From Catajapyx aquilonaris (Eukaryota): a stretch of 64,000 nt of DNA. The stretch covers positions 1-64,000 of the forward strand of contig JYFJ02000727.1 of assembly GCA_000934665.2 (NCBI GenBank), given 5' to 3'. The position numbers and the translations under genes were made by a program. Position 1 is the first letter of the stretch. Every line of letters begins with the position of its first letter. Shown one piece after another: positions 24,101 through 39,109 of this stretch. Under the pieces are notes generated by a model, which was given only the letters and a program-made list of their open reading frames with translations, was not told the DNA's origin and ran no database searches.

Positions 24101-27100
24101 TAACGACATATGACAAAAAATCTAGTTTCACTTATCCTAATTAAATGAGAGCAAGACGCGTCCGCAAGGTTCAGATAATCGAGAATACTTGGCTCAACAA
24201 AAAAGATCATTGTTTGTAATTATTTCTGCGTCAGCGACTGCCTGCATGACTGAAGATGGCGCAGTGCTCTCATCCACGAGACCATTCTTCTGGGTCCATC
24301 ACAGATCTGGAAATGAGGCTTCCCGTGGCTGCTACCATCATTACCGCCATTGTATTTTCCATACCGAATAATGAGGAGAAATCCATTAGGCGCTTCTATA
24401 ACAGCCCTACTGCTGCAGCAGCAGCGACCAACAAATGGAACCCCACTCATGGCACCCCTACCACCTCCCCCTGAGGGTGATGGGGACAGCAGCTGGTTGA
24501 ATTGGTGAAGTCGACACACTCTGCGTCACTCGCCCGAATCACCGGATCGTGCTCGGAGCTTCCCGGATAGGATGACGAGGCTCAGAATATCACTCTACCA
24601 ATCCACCAGAGTTCGATTTCGACTCTTCCCACGGGCTATAGAGAGGGGGAAGGGGGGGGGGAGCAACTTTCGCCTCCCCCACAACTCCCATCCCCCCCCC
24701 CCCAATCCTCTCCCCAAATTCGATAACGAGAGCTGCGCGACTGGAGAGGAGATTAGCTTCCAGGCTCAAGTGCAGTCAAGTTGCACTTTCCATCAGGTCG
24801 TCTAAGCAATGCGGACATACCTACCATTAGCTAAATACCAGCCAACATGTGACAGATAGAAAGAAAAAATAGATGAGAGAGAGAGAAAAATAGAGGGCTG
24901 GAGGCCAATAATTGCGCTCGATGAACTTTTGGAGCGTGCCATATCGTGATTGGAAACTATTCATCATGCTAAACATTTGACGCCTCGGGTAGGCAACTTC
25001 GTTAATGCAAATGGGATTTACTAATCCCGTTCAGTCCTGTTTTTAGCAGAAAGTAATCAGAAGAAGTATATCCTCGCAGTCGGATTCTGAGTCTAATCTG
25101 GTTAGGCCCTCTGTAAGCTTCCGACATAGGCCTATAAAGCACATTAGCGTAAATGAATTGTCCTTCCTATATATTCCGGGGACGGGTTCTAACCTTAAAG
25201 AAACAAAACCACCTGATCTAAACTAATGAGCCAGAAAGCCCCCATAGAAATATGGCCAGCCTCGTGTAAGAGTGCTGATCGTTTTGCACGCAGGCTTTTC
25301 GTGAAGTCAAGAACTGTCCAACTGTGCAACATGTCCCAAGAGGAAGTTTCAACCCAGTTATGCCTCCGAGCCAGCCTTTATAATAACCTACCTTCCTCGA
25401 GGGAGAATAAGCTGCGGTTTCTGAAAGTCCGCCTGCGCCAAAAAAAAAAAAAAGGTCGCAAAAAATATATATCCGCCGTGTGAAATAATTCAGCTATTTC
25501 CCACCGTTTCCTGAAACGTGCAAGCCTATAGGTACCGCACACTAGTCATTATTCTCCAGAGACGTGGAAGTTTCCACTTCCATTTCTGTCTCGGAATGTT
25601 GGGATAAGTGATGAACTATCTGATTATTCCCTTCCAGCTTTTCCTGGAGCAGGATATTGCTTAGGCAGTGCAGAGAGACCTCGGGGTAGATAGATCCAGA
25701 CCCCTTGCAAACTGAGCTGAGTCAGGCGACCATCCCCCAGCACCGGTATATAAAAACTTATCGCCTGAGAAGAAGAGCTGGCGAAACTGGGCATAAATCG
25801 TGTTTTCGCGCGGGAGGAGACTCCAGAAATCAGGTCGTTCGCAGACCTAGTGGCTTTTTCCAGGAGAAAACACGCGACCATCTTCCCAAAGACGAGTGTG
25901 TCCAGAATGCACTGGCCGGGTCGAAAGCGGAGCAGAGGGTCACTTCTTTGTCCCCATCAGGATGGAAATAATATGGACAAAAGGAACTTATCGACGGATG
26001 GATTGGAAAGGACAGGACAAAGCGTCCACTCAGCATGTGCACTCCCATTTTGACACGTGTTCGTATTATAAATCTCAGCTTTCTCTGTCTCCAAAGGAGT
26101 CGGCGTGCATGTGTAGGATATCGCCCCCCTCCAAAATGGTTTCTGGGCTTCCCCTGATTAGAACGAGCGGTCGCTGGCTGCGATGACTCGTGAGGAACGG
26201 TGACAGGGCAAGGGAGGATTGAAAAACGACGCTATGACAATGACGAGAACAAAGGAGAAGCCACACCCAGGCTGACAGTGACGGAAGAGGTATCAGCACA
26301 GGTGAAAGTGGTACGACGCACTCGCATCATTCTGCCGCATTTCTTTCGCCCTGCCAGTATAAATAATTATCACCTCCCAGCTATGCCTTTTTTATTGTTA
26401 ATTATTTCACCGGTTGGTTTAGCACACTTGGCAGTAAATCTGACGCGCAACACTCGACTGTCGCTGGTTAATAACGGTGCCAGCCTTATTTGCGGCAATC
26501 TCTGTGAGGCTAAAAAGGTCATGGGTGGAGACCTGCGGAGGTGATGACCTGTGACGATTTATTTCGTGGCCGTCCCTTGTCATGCTAAACTCTATACTTC
26601 TATAGGCATAACCTAAAAGAGGAAACAAAAGACGGCTAAGCACTGCAGGGTGGGATGCAACATTTTCAGCTCCTGCACACAATGACAGAAACGACCGCGT
26701 CCTTTTTTTTTTGACTTGGCACACAACTGGCACAGGCAAATAATGCCAAACAGAATCCTATTCATCGGCAGCAAACGTCCACAAAAGGTGTTGACCCACT
26801 TGAACCCATGACGTACCGTACATTTGCTAAAGCTGGCTGCATGCTAATCATTTCATCAGTCCGGACAGTCGAGCCGGTACTGTTCTTCACATATATGATA
26901 CACGCAAGCCAGGTCATTGTCACCATTTGGCACAATCGCTGGTAGAACGGTCCGCATTAAATCTGTTAGTCAATTCTACGGCCACCTCCTGCTGTACAAA
27001 CAGTGTATGCGAAAAACTTGGTTCCACGTGCTGGCTACTCCGTGACATCGGTCAGTGCACTCATGTAGCAAACCGAAATAATGCCAGCCACGTCCGAAAA

Positions 27101-30100
27101 CCAACTCAACAAAGGTGCATACTTGAAGGCCACTTTTGTCTTGTGGACAGTTAATGAGACAATAAACTTGTCATTTCTCCCACAGCTAACCCTGCAGCAC
27201 ACCCATGTTTATTCGGCCCTGATTTATAGTTTTAGGGTGTCGAAATTAGCAACCTGAACCTAGGTATTGTCAGCAATGCAGTAGGTTCGTCATTGAAATC
27301 AGATTGTGTGACCGTCCACCAGCATTTCCACGCTCTAGTTCAGAGTGACCCTTACGCCACCAACAAAGAGCCTTCTCCTCCCGCAGTCATCAATTACTAT
27401 TCGACCCCGTTCGCAAGCAGGACGTATGAGGAATCGGGAGAGAAAATGCAAAAATCCACGTCATTTGTAGCTCTAATGTGCAGGATCTGATGCTCACTTG
27501 TCAGTCAAGTGGTGCAGCAGTTGGACATGAAAATTCAATGGATCCGCTTTTTTAGGATGAGTGAGGTTGGGGAGGAGGACAATAATTGACAAAACATTTC
27601 TGTTGTGTTTGGGAAGGGAGTGGGTCCCCTGCGGGATCCGCCCAGAGATTGGTGGAGAAGGAGGAATGGGTAATGAAGGCAAAGGAAACAAAGGAACCCT
27701 TCGTCCCTTCAGCACGAATCGGTAATAAGGGCAGAGAAGGGGGGAAGGTTCAACCCAACTGTTCCCGGCTCAAATTCTCTTCCCTGTGCGTGGGCCTCCC
27801 AAGTTATTCTCATTGCGTGCATTGTGAAGTGCGTCGCTCTGAGTCATGCTTTGCGATCAAACTGAACGGGATAAAAAAAAAAGCCTGACCATGTTATGTC
27901 CTATATACATGTTGTGCGAATGTGCTATGAAATATGACGACCTAGAGTTAAGTCATGCTTGTGCTGCATTCTACAGTGACATATACAAACTTGCATGCAC
28001 AATGCAACATGGCTGCATTGGTCATTAAAACATATATTAAATCTGTGAAACAATAGGTGTTTTTAGCCACTGTGCAAACGACTGAAGTCGTAATGCAGTG
28101 TTTAAAATATGACAATGCGGAATTTGTCACTGGTCCCTTTGAAGCAGCATATTATGCTGGTTAAATATTCAAACATATTGACAATCGCGTTTAAATTATT
28201 GACTCAATTAGCCTGTAATTACACAAACCCACGCAATATTCGATTTTATATACCGATACTGTACATTGCGTGTTTGTATAATTAAATCGCCTTTGGATAT
28301 TTCCGCTTATAAGGCTGGGTCACCTTGGGTTAACGATATTGAATCTATCATATGTCAACAAGAGAAATATTAATATAAAAATTCCCGAAGGCTTTCAATT
28401 ACGAACTTCTTCGGCAACGAAATTAAATTTAGAACAAATGCGCACTACAGGTTCAACTATCATGCTTACACAAAAGTGCAGATTATAATTTACTGACATG
28501 CTGCAGGAAGGGGACGCATATAGAATATTCAAAGCAAATTTCTTCCGTATATAAATTTATAAAATCTACACCAGTAATAGGCGCATTTTAGTACGGAAAG
28601 GTCGCCGCTGCAAAATTCCTCCTAGACTTCCAGAGAATAAATATACCTGCACCATCACAAACAATGCATTATAAATGACAGGGAAACTCAAATCGCCATT
28701 ATTAACATTTCTCTAGCTATTCGTCTTTTGCGAAATCTCATTTTCCCAGACCAGGGCTTTGTTCCTGCACCCCCGCCTCCAACTTCCCAAAAAAGAGGAA
28801 GGGGGAAAAAATATCCCTCAATTTATTCTGCTCGGAAATTCCCAGAAATTAATTCCGTCTGAATCTGATTGCACAAAAGTTTCAAGAAGAAAAAAAGCTT
28901 CAGATGACAAGGAGGGCGCATATTTCAACAGTCTACTGCATGAAAATTATATTTTAGAAGAGTGATGAGTTTACAAGGTGGCCAAAATGTTATGATGGGT
29001 CGATTCCTTATATTTTTTTTGCAAACTTGTCGTGATCCACTAATGGATATGAAGTATTGTTACTTTTTCTTCTTCAAACGTGCAAGTCACAAACTACTGC
29101 AAATTGCAAATAAAAAAAGGTCAAACATCTTCCATTATCATCATTTCGTCTACATTGCCAATATCTTTCAAAACTCCACTTCGGGCTTATAACAGTAGTC
29201 CGATGCGACAAACACACGCAATTATTTTTATCGATGTATTTCCTCATTCGAAGCGGTTCTGCGCAGTGAAGAGCGAGAGGCCGCATGGGCATCGCAATAG
29301 CATAAATAAGTAGCTCTCTCCAGGATTAGGCAGTAATCCATGGAAGGCACAGTGTATATTTAGTGTTCAATATTTCATTGCATGACCACAGTGTTCCAAT
29401 TTTCACGAGATTCATGACGCCCGACCTGACCTTGTGCTGTGAATAACTTGCCCTTCCAACATTATCGCGGTACCCATACCAATATTTGGCCTGAAAACTA
29501 TGTGTTTTATTCGCGAAGTTTTGGTTTCTACTGCAGACCTACGACTATGCAGTATTATAGACTGTACTGGACAAACAAATGTCGACATTGACCCAGGTCC
29601 AGCCAGAAGACACTTCTTATGCACGTACCCATGCCGGTTGCGAGAGTCGACTTTTATCTGCACATTATACGGTATCTCTTGCTTGGTAATAACTCGTTAA
29701 TAAGCCATGTGTTGCCTAACTTGATTGCGCTTGCGGGCAACTCACCGCAGAGCACAGGCCTTATCGTAGAGCAGCAACGAGTCAGCTTTGTACACCTTCC
29801 AACCATTATCTGCAGCATGCAGTAGCAGAATGAAGTGGCAGAGGCCCTTCCTACTTCCTGTCAACTGTCACCAACCGAATCCTCCATTCCACTCCCCTCC
29901 ATGCAGAAGAAACACGGAAATTTTGGGAAGGTTTTTTTCAGAGGAACAAAAATATTCGCCCGCATGCACCAGGCATGCACGGCTGTTGGTTTGGGCCTGG
30001 AAAAATACTGGAATCAACAAAAGAGAACCGACCTCGCCCGACGACAATGACTGTGAACCCCAGCTTGAACACGGACATTAATCATGTCGCCCAAGTTAGA

Positions 30101-31196
30101 TGACGAACAACTTGACGGCCCTGCCCTTGCTCCAAACCCCCATGTTTCTTCCCATTAGGATAATGGCCCCCACCCACCAAATCGACATCCAAACCCTCCA
30201 CACCCATACTAATCTAACAACACAAAATGAATGGATCGACACGCGTCTCTAGGTGTACAACGCACACCACAAATTGACGTCGACAATACAAAAAATTTGC
30301 ATATACTAAATGCCCGCGATGGACGATCTACGACCCTTACACAGCATGTTTAAGTACGTCATTTACATGCACGCTATGACCGTCCATTTTTCAAGACGGG
30401 CACTGCGGAAATGTCGTGTACTTTCGGTGCAATATAACAGGGCAGTGGTATAAGTAGCCTGTATGGCCAGCCCCTTGCAGTGTACACCCAACGCCCACAA
30501 CAGAGTCTGTGAATTACGGCCAGAGGGTGAATATCAATGCGGTGCAGCCCTGAACAATAGTGCGACACTGTTCCCCCTCCCAGCAGTAAAAGAATAACCC
30601 CCGCTTTCACTACCGTAGCTTAACCCATTTTAGTCATCATTGTGTCTGGCTTTTATCTCGCAAAGCACCAACCTTTCTCCGTCAATGCCATTTTCGTCTG
30701 GCAGTAAAGCTCTGCGCAGGGATCTCATCAAAAGCTTGCCTTGCACCCAGTGTATTCCAGTTTCGAAACACTCGGTGACCCTCCCCCGGAAAATCGGGCG
30801 TGGACATCCCAACAAACCCATCCGTTACCAAGCCGGTATATTTTATGAAACGAGTGCGAAAAAGGTCATGAAACTGATGGTGACCGCGCGCAGGTGAACT
30901 GCAATTGCAACAGCTGGCCCTATTTTCCCCCCGTTTCCTTTTTGTTTTTCCGAGCTTTCGAGGTCAGAAGACCTGTGCCCTGCATTTGGGCCACTCTTCT
31001 CATTGCCTCATCCCAGGCTGGCATGGCCTCCCCGCCCAATGTAGTGAAAGGGACACATATGCAGACTTTACGGACGTGTCATGTCCGAAAGAACGCGGAT
31101 GGCCCGCATTTCGCACCGTTTTCAGGTGGACCAATTCTAATGTTCGCTAATAAATTATTGCGCGCGTGCAGCAGCATGTACAGTCAAGTTACTCAC

Positions 31197-31255
31197 CCAG
31201 AAAACAAATCCAGCGGGCAGTAGCCACTCACGGATGCTGCTTTCTTCAGTTTCAC
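31197..31255 (-). CDS. IPPK: IPPK coding exon 4
   Basis: ttccttgcag|GTG...TCT GG|gtgagt, 59 nt, phase 0 to 2. Encodes VKLKKAASVSGYCPLDLFSG, with the YCPLDLFS motif. Not present in the ORF track. Confidence 0.95.
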
Positions 31256-34200
31256 CTGCAAGGAAGAAACAGCACTCTTGGTTGGAAACCCAAAACTATT
31301 GCATTGGTGCACGTGAATAACAAGTCAGTCAACAATGATGTGTGTGTGCACAAGGGGTTATCCGCACTATTTAAAATAATGAGGAACAGCAAATTAAAAT
31401 CGCGTAATAATAATATTCACCGAGGTCATTAGTGGCATGAACGCTCCATGTACGTTTGTCAGTATTCAAGTGCTACTGATAATTAAAATGGGGTTCGCAT
31501 TATCGACGAGGACATCACACATGCATTTGTTAGGGCCCACACAGGTCGTGTTCCGTAATAACACGAACTATGGTCTGGTGTGAACTCCTGGGGTCACTTT
31601 ATGTAGAGGTCTTATTTGGTCTCCGAAGCCTCGTCAGAGATAATGGACTTCAAGCACGTGGTATGAAATATCCTGGTAGATATGCGTCCCTTTGCGCGAC
31701 AATATCTTTCCATACATATTTTAAGCGTTACCTTGTAATTTTAATTTATTATCTCATTAGATGTAGCAAGAGTCGAGGTGAAGGAAACGTAAGCTGCATA
31801 TATCTACGCCACATAGTGATGGATAAATGCATTATTTTATTAGTGCTCGTAATAACAAGGCTGCGCTTGACACCTTCACTAACGTGATCGTGTGGTGTCC
31901 AGTTCACTCTCGAACACTGTATTATTACGGAACATCCTGTATATACATTGTACTTCAAAATCTCCTTCTCTCGGTTGGTACACGTTTTGTTCGGGTCACG
32001 TAAAATCATTCAGTCATGGAGGAGGCAGGGTTGGATGCACGTGAAAAACCAACCCACGGGAAGTTGGAAACGGTACTTGCACCTTCCTTTATTTACATCT
32101 GACACTGAGCGCCCTGGACTATAAACAAGGACCGCCTATACCAGCTCTCCCCACCCATCTAACCGCGTACATATCCATCTCGAAAACCAAGCCCCCCCCT
32201 GTACTTTGCACAGCCCTTGCCCACGTACAATAGGCGCAACCCACTCTCAACATAATGCATTTCTTTGACTGTGGGAAAAAGATCAGCGTAACCGCGGTTA
32301 TCGACAATCCAAGTGCCGAGACTACACTACCATAGTAATCAAGGAGCGTAACCGGCTTACGAGTTAGTCATAGCAGTGTCTCTAATGAACCGTGTTCTGT
32401 GCTACAGCACGTGAGTCTCACTTCGGTGACCAACTGTCTGGATGACTCACCATGTACCTTGAGCATTACAACATTAAACGCGTCGTTCTAAAATCATCAT
32501 CATCTGGCTCAATATTTGTCAAACCAAAAAAAAAATGGCAAACAAGTAAAAAGTGCATGGCCTCCATATTTCTGCAAGGACCACATCATTCTGTGGGCGA
32601 GACTTTTTTTCATTTTGAGGGCTCAAGGCTAAGAAAATGAGTAACGACAAACCAAGCGTGAAAACACAAGCGATTAAGGCAGAATTGCTCGAGCGGGCGA
32701 GGAATAGAAAGAAGGAAAAAAAGAGAGGAAGTTGGGGACAAATTGCAAGTCCAATATTTCCTCGCCTCCGTGTTCCAATAGACTCAGGGCGTAACAGAGC
32801 GATGGAAGGCCATCACAATTACAACTTCAAAACGTCAGAAGCGGCCCAATCTGATTTATAGCCTCCCAAGCAAGAGAACCACTACATGTAGACCGCAGAG
32901 ATCCTTTTCCGCAAAAATGGCTGAGGGATTGCTGTACTGATAAATTATTGCAAGGAATTACTAACGCTAGGTCCAAAGTGACGCGTCACAATCACAACCT
33001 GTGTGCGATGACAATTTTCAAATAGCAGTGAGCTGCGGTTGGCAAAACCGCATTAAATGACGTCAGGGAAGGGGTGTCTTCGTCCTCGCTCACAATGACA
33101 TATACCAACAATACCCGCCGAGTATAAGCCATATTCAGGCTGTCTCAATCCAGACAGCCTTTCAAAACAGGGGCCGAATACAGTCTATAATTACACACAC
33201 GTTAGTCACCCGCCCACACTCTCAGGGCCGAATAGCCACTACACCAGTTCGGTCACTTCAATAATGCAGCCTACATTTTAAAATAACTTGTCCTGCTCAC
33301 TTTATATCGCTATACACGCGCAAAATACAGGAGACGACAGCACTGAGGGTTGCATAATCCCTTAGGATACGATACCTGACCTTGGATGCATTGCAGGGGG
33401 TTTCGTAGTGTAACATTTTTGGAAGCATGCTGTGATTAGTTCCTTCAGCGTTCTGAAGCAAGGAAGTGAAGGCGTGCACATGTCTTCGTTCCTCAACCCC
33501 TAGATGTCTCAGGTCATGACAAGCCGGGTGTAGCAGACATGCCTGTGAGACGCCATGAGAATGACATGACCACCAACTCGGATGCGTCGTTTGACTGCTC
33601 TTCCACAACTACTGTACTCAGGCTGTCTTTTTTGCTGAAGCTGCGTAGTCATTCGTAAAAATAAGCAACGTTAAAAAAAGAAATCTGACGAATCATCACA
33701 TCCCATCTGGCCCAATCCATGCGGAAATAAGCCAGATCTGCAATTCCAAGTCGCCTGGATCCGTTTTCTATTCATGACGGAACCGTTTGAATTTCACACC
33801 CGCAAACTATGGCGACTTCTGGTTCGGTGTGTTTGCTTGCAGGCTACGAATGCCAGTAATCCCAGTGACCACCCCAATCGACACAACCCCCTCTATATGT
33901 CTCGGGGTCTGCTTGTTTTCTTCAGTCCCCTCCACTGGCTACCATTTACTACTCTTTTATCTTGGGAGCAGCTCTTTTACAGCGCCCATTCTGCTGTAAA
34001 GATAGCCTTTCGGTCAACTCTGGGCCCCATGCTTGAATCTATCCAAGGACATCAATAAACTAATTTACGGCTCTCATCCGAATATGTTATGACGCTGGGC
34101 GTGAATATGCACCTGCGTGTTCCAAGAGATATTGGTATGGTGATTCACTATAATGAATAAGTAATCACGTGCGCAGAATGTGACACGTGCGTCTACAAGT

Positions 34201-37200
34201 TATGTAGCTCTCTGTTGAGTTGTGGTTCAAGGGCAGGTGGAGGATGCTAGACACACCATATCCTTACTATAATTAAACGCCTACTGGATTTGATGCCGCG
34301 GAGCTAATTGCGGCCCCGAGTCTAGGCGGACCCAGCCTTTTTGCACACTGTCAATGAGGGTCCCACGTAAATTCTTGGGGTCAGGTGTAAATCACATGTG
34401 TGGTCGGTGGGCGCGTTTTTTTTTTTTGGCTGGTACCTAGATACCGGTCCAGGGTCACTCACCCTGTGCGATCGACTACTGCACCACGCAACCAGCAAAG
34501 TGGTGCTACATTTGGAAATCAATAATCACTCCCATACTCTATGATTGCCAGGTAATGAAATATGCAGAGGCGTTTTTTCCAAGCGTGCTTCTTGCTGCCT
34601 AAGGAAAGGCAACGTGATTCGTATATGCTAAAGAAAAATTATTGCCTAGACACCGGGTTCAAACACAGCGTGAAACCGCCAGAAACAATGCCTCGTGTTG
34701 TCATGTAAACGCCGGGCTGTAACCTAAAATTACATCTGTTGTTGCGGCAGATGGAAGCAGAGAAAGTGTGACCCCATCGATGTCTTACGCATGCCACTAG
34801 ATATGCCATCCATCATAATTACATTGAAATTCAATATACGTAGGACCTCCTACGCAGTGCTGAATCAATAGGGACGTAACGACACTACCAAATTGCAGCG
34901 ATGTAGTTGCTTTCCGGTTGTTGAAAATGGCCCGTACTGTAATTTTATTTGGCCATGGATTTCCGCAAACAAATAAATTGCCGTCCGGTGGCCAGAGTCG
35001 AGCCTGCAGGCGATAAGGCGTGAGTCAATCGAGTAGAAGGCTTTTTAGGTTCTCCTTGAACTCACCACACCAGGCCATATTTTGTAATGAGAAATGCTAA
35101 GCTTCACGAACGAATACTAAGATGGTAAAAAATGGGCTCCTATCCGGAATTATTTATATATATATAAAAAAACACGAACCCTCTCTTTGGAGGGTCCAAA
35201 AAATATGCCTTATTTTTCATCTCACGGCTCGTTTCTAAAATGTGGGCATGGATGTGCATGAAACCATGAAGTACACTGGATCGCCTTCGCCTGTTTCACT
35301 TTACCAGTTGCCAGAAAAGGTGAAATGCCACTTCCTCCTGCTGTTGCACTGCTGAAAAATCGGACGCCAACTTCTTATTCCCTTACCACTGTGGCTCTGA
35401 AAACAGGTCCGGAGAAGGAAGAAAACCTGAGAACGATTGTGCTTGGAAATAAGGGCACATAGTTTTCAATTACACCATTACCAAAATGGAGGGTTGAGAA
35501 AAAGGAGACTCAAACAGGAAGGGTAAACACTTCTAGAAAACTTGACGCATTCTTACCAGACCTACATTCCGAGGACAAAGGTAAATGGCTGGACACGAAT
35601 GGCGGAAAAAAATCATAGGAGCCACTGATGAATATTTCAGGACGCACGAAGTACGGGCCATTTTTGGGCGAGATTTTGAAAATCGTCACAACCCTGTAGA
35701 GTGTGGCAGTTTCTCGGACAAAAGAAGGCAGCTAGCACTTGGAATATCAAGGCGGCTACAGAGAAGCAGAAATTCCGAGAGCATCCGGCAATAAATCGTT
35801 AGGGAGCAAAATCACGCAATAAAATATGGCGAAAGTCCCAAAAGGCATCTCCACCTCCTGACAATAATTCCTCGACATTCGGAGGCCCATACAGGCCGGG
35901 CAATTTATTGAGAGTCTGGTTGGAAAGCTGACCTTTTGGCTCAATCCCAGGGGCGTTGTTAGTTTCTGCCAACTGGGATCTAGTATCAGGCTGACGATGG
36001 GCGAGTCCTGCAACCCATTTTTCACGGCCTAGCCACCAATCCCACACCAACTGTGCTGCTAATGCACGACGCCATTATAATAAACTCCCTCATTTCAATA
36101 TTTGATCTACTTGGGTGTGGGTCTTTTCCTAATGTCCATTAGCTTCTTGTTGCTATACGTACCCAAGCTAACCTCGCGGGGTCATTCCAAAACATACCGG
36201 TTCATTCCTTTTTCACGTCCACGGACATGAACTCTCTCAAACAAGCCCAACCGAATTTGCGAGTGACATCCTACAAGGTGCACACACGTGCACGACCTTT
36301 TCGCACGTTTCCCCCCTTCCAGCAGTGCTATATACAACAGTTCTTGCACGAACAAAACGGACCCTGCCCGTGGCCAAAAATGGAAGAAGCTCATTCTTAC
36401 ACTTGAGAATCGATTTGAGCACTCGGAGTTGGACACAAAAGGCCGAACCGACGTATCGTTCCAGCATTGCAACTCGTTGGTTACGGTACCTAACAAGGAG
36501 TTTTGCAGTCGACGTTAACCTTGGCAATTAGAAATGGCAATCATCCGAAAGGGCGTCGCTGCTAATCTTGACTTGCTGGCATCAAGGCAATGATTGTTAG
36601 TCAGGCTCTGATTCTCCCGGGGCCACTCTTCAAATCTGAGTCTTGACTGCCCTAATTAGCACACCCTTGTTAGAGTATCGTGTAACAGTAAAGAGAGACA
36701 ATCAGTTAGACCTAAGGACCTAACTCTGGCTACTCCAGTATTTTTCATGTGGAAAGCTCGAGGGGGACAAAAATGGGGATCAATATCAAAGGTGCAGGGA
36801 GCTTTGCGTCATTTCTTTTCAGAGTTGATTAACTAGAGGCACGCAATTGGGAGGGACACTTCATTCTCCCATGACCATAAAACGGCATACCTCATCAATT
36901 CAAACGTGGATCGAACCGTGCTGGAACCGTCTGGGGGGGAAAAGAAGGATGACGTAACTGCTGGTGCGTCTCCAGCATCATCAGACATGGTGGCTGCGAC
37001 AGATGGGTTTTGCCCTTCTTCCACATGTGCCCTAGCTCTCTGTCTTACACGTGTATAGGGATATATAACCACGTGGAGATTCAGAGGCGTTCATCAAGGG
37101 CTGTCAGACCAACCCTTCGAAGAGTTATACGCGCTTTCCATCTCCATTCAGGAAGGACCCCGTGAAACGCTGTCAGCCTCAAATCACCCACTTAAACATG

Positions 37201-39090
37201 GTCACGAGGGGAATGAGTCCCCGCAATTTTCAATCATTTTAAAATACTACCGCGGCAATTGCTCAAACCTCTACCAAGTCACACGTGTATGACATACGGC
37301 GGTTCTGCTGTGTGGTCCGCAACGAACGTCCCACGTGTGATTTACACTCTAATTTACAGCTGCTTACCAAGTGTAGTTTTTCAACCAATTGATTCTTAAT
37401 TGCTTTGCTCCAGTTGATAAAATATCAGAAATCAACGCAAAAACGTGTAAACATGATTTAATACTGTGCGTACTATTGAAATAGCAAAAAATTCTGTACA
37501 TGCACATACGCACACATAAAAATGCTAAATAAATACATATTTTTGCTTTTATAAGGGCTGATTCTGGGCGCTTGCGTTACCTTGTGAAAAATTCAATTAG
37601 GAGAGCGTGTAGGGAATCATAAAACTCTGGCCTGGTATACGCTGGTTCTGAGAATCAGGCCGGAATATTTCGCTCAAGAATGCACGTAAATAAATCATCA
37701 AATGCAGGAGGGGATCTGGGAGGGATAACTCCTACACCGCACATTCCTGGCAGCAGCTGGCTATATTTATAAATTATGTATCTTATAAACGTTCCCCCTG
37801 CTCATATGATATACCCTGTTTTCTTTTTAATTCCGACCTTAGAATATGACCGCCTTCATATACCGTACTCTGTGCACATCACCTTTTTATGGAATGAATA
37901 GGCTGGCATATAAATCACTGCATTTTTAGAATGGAATACTATTTCTCTCGTAAGTGTAGGTATATAAAGCATGTACAGCACCAGACGACTCTTAATCACT
38001 GCAGGGTCGACCTCTTTCCCCTACCACGCACCTGGGTGCTAATAAACAACATGATTCATATACCCTTCACTACACTGACTGCATTAACGTACACAACAGA
38101 TTCCGCGGGAATATTTATGTCGACTTGAAGGTGACGTCACTATCGGACGAACCCTTTTCCCGTGTCAGTCATCCTGCGGTATTATCCCCGTCTGTCCTAT
38201 CAGAGCCATGGATGGATGCAGCCATTTAGGGACACCCTCCTTACATCTTTTCAAAGCAAGCTTTCATCAGTTTCCACAAAAAGCAAGTATTTATCCCTGG
38301 CAATAACACGCAACCGACGAGTGAGTCAGCTGAAATTATGTCACAGGTAAATAAGTAGCCTTCTTCCCCTTGTGCAAAAAAATGAGGCACATACATCAAA
38401 CACACCTTAATTGTGCTGCTATAGCAATAAGAAAAGGGAAGGACTGTCACGAGCCGACATCCTTGTGAGATTTTCGTGGATATTCTTGTGCTTACATGAT
38501 ATAGCTGGATGGTATATCTAAAATTTGCCACCCTACTGACAAACGCATGACTTTTTCACATAGGCTATATATCAAACATGCATGCATACATTACTGTTAC
38601 ATACATACATACACATATATCCATATGTGTACATGTATACAGCATTTCCCAGCAGTCTGTGGGATCCTGCTTTAATAGTCAACAAGGCAACCAGTAAATA
38701 ATTCAGTAGCATGGGGCAATAATGTGTGGGATTATTCTGCTACATGTTTACCTGTGAATATTATGCAGTAACGCTAACACGTGAAGTTGAAAGAGCCTAC
38801 AGGGTTTTCTTTCGCAGCTTTAAATTCTGAACCTATGCACCTTGAAAGGCCAAACTAAATGCTCCGGGACACTATAGCCCTGGGGTTGTCTTTTTTTTTA
38901 TTATTATTTCCCCTTATCTGGTAGGAATTCTGCAAAGCTCAACAATATATTGTGGGTGGGATTTTAATCCCTCTGGCGAAAACTCCACATAGCATAACCT
39001 TTTGTGTTGCGCACGGCGGCGGACTAATTGCCGTACTCAGCGACTAGCTCCGGGGCTCAAAAACTTCCCTTCAAAAAAGCTTCCCACCCA

Positions 39091-39109
39091 TGTGTGTGTG
39101 TGTGTGTGT
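39091..39109. repeat. (TG)n microsatellite
   Basis: About 9 TG units. Confidence 0.9.

Noticed and set aside
26927..26990. tRNA-like 5' half (A-box-like TGGCACAATCGCTGGTAGA)
   Set aside because: No B box, T-arm or acceptor stem.
28126..28143. GTCACTGGTCCCTTT resembling a TTAA-type DNA transposon end
   Set aside because: No matching inverted end or target-site duplication found.
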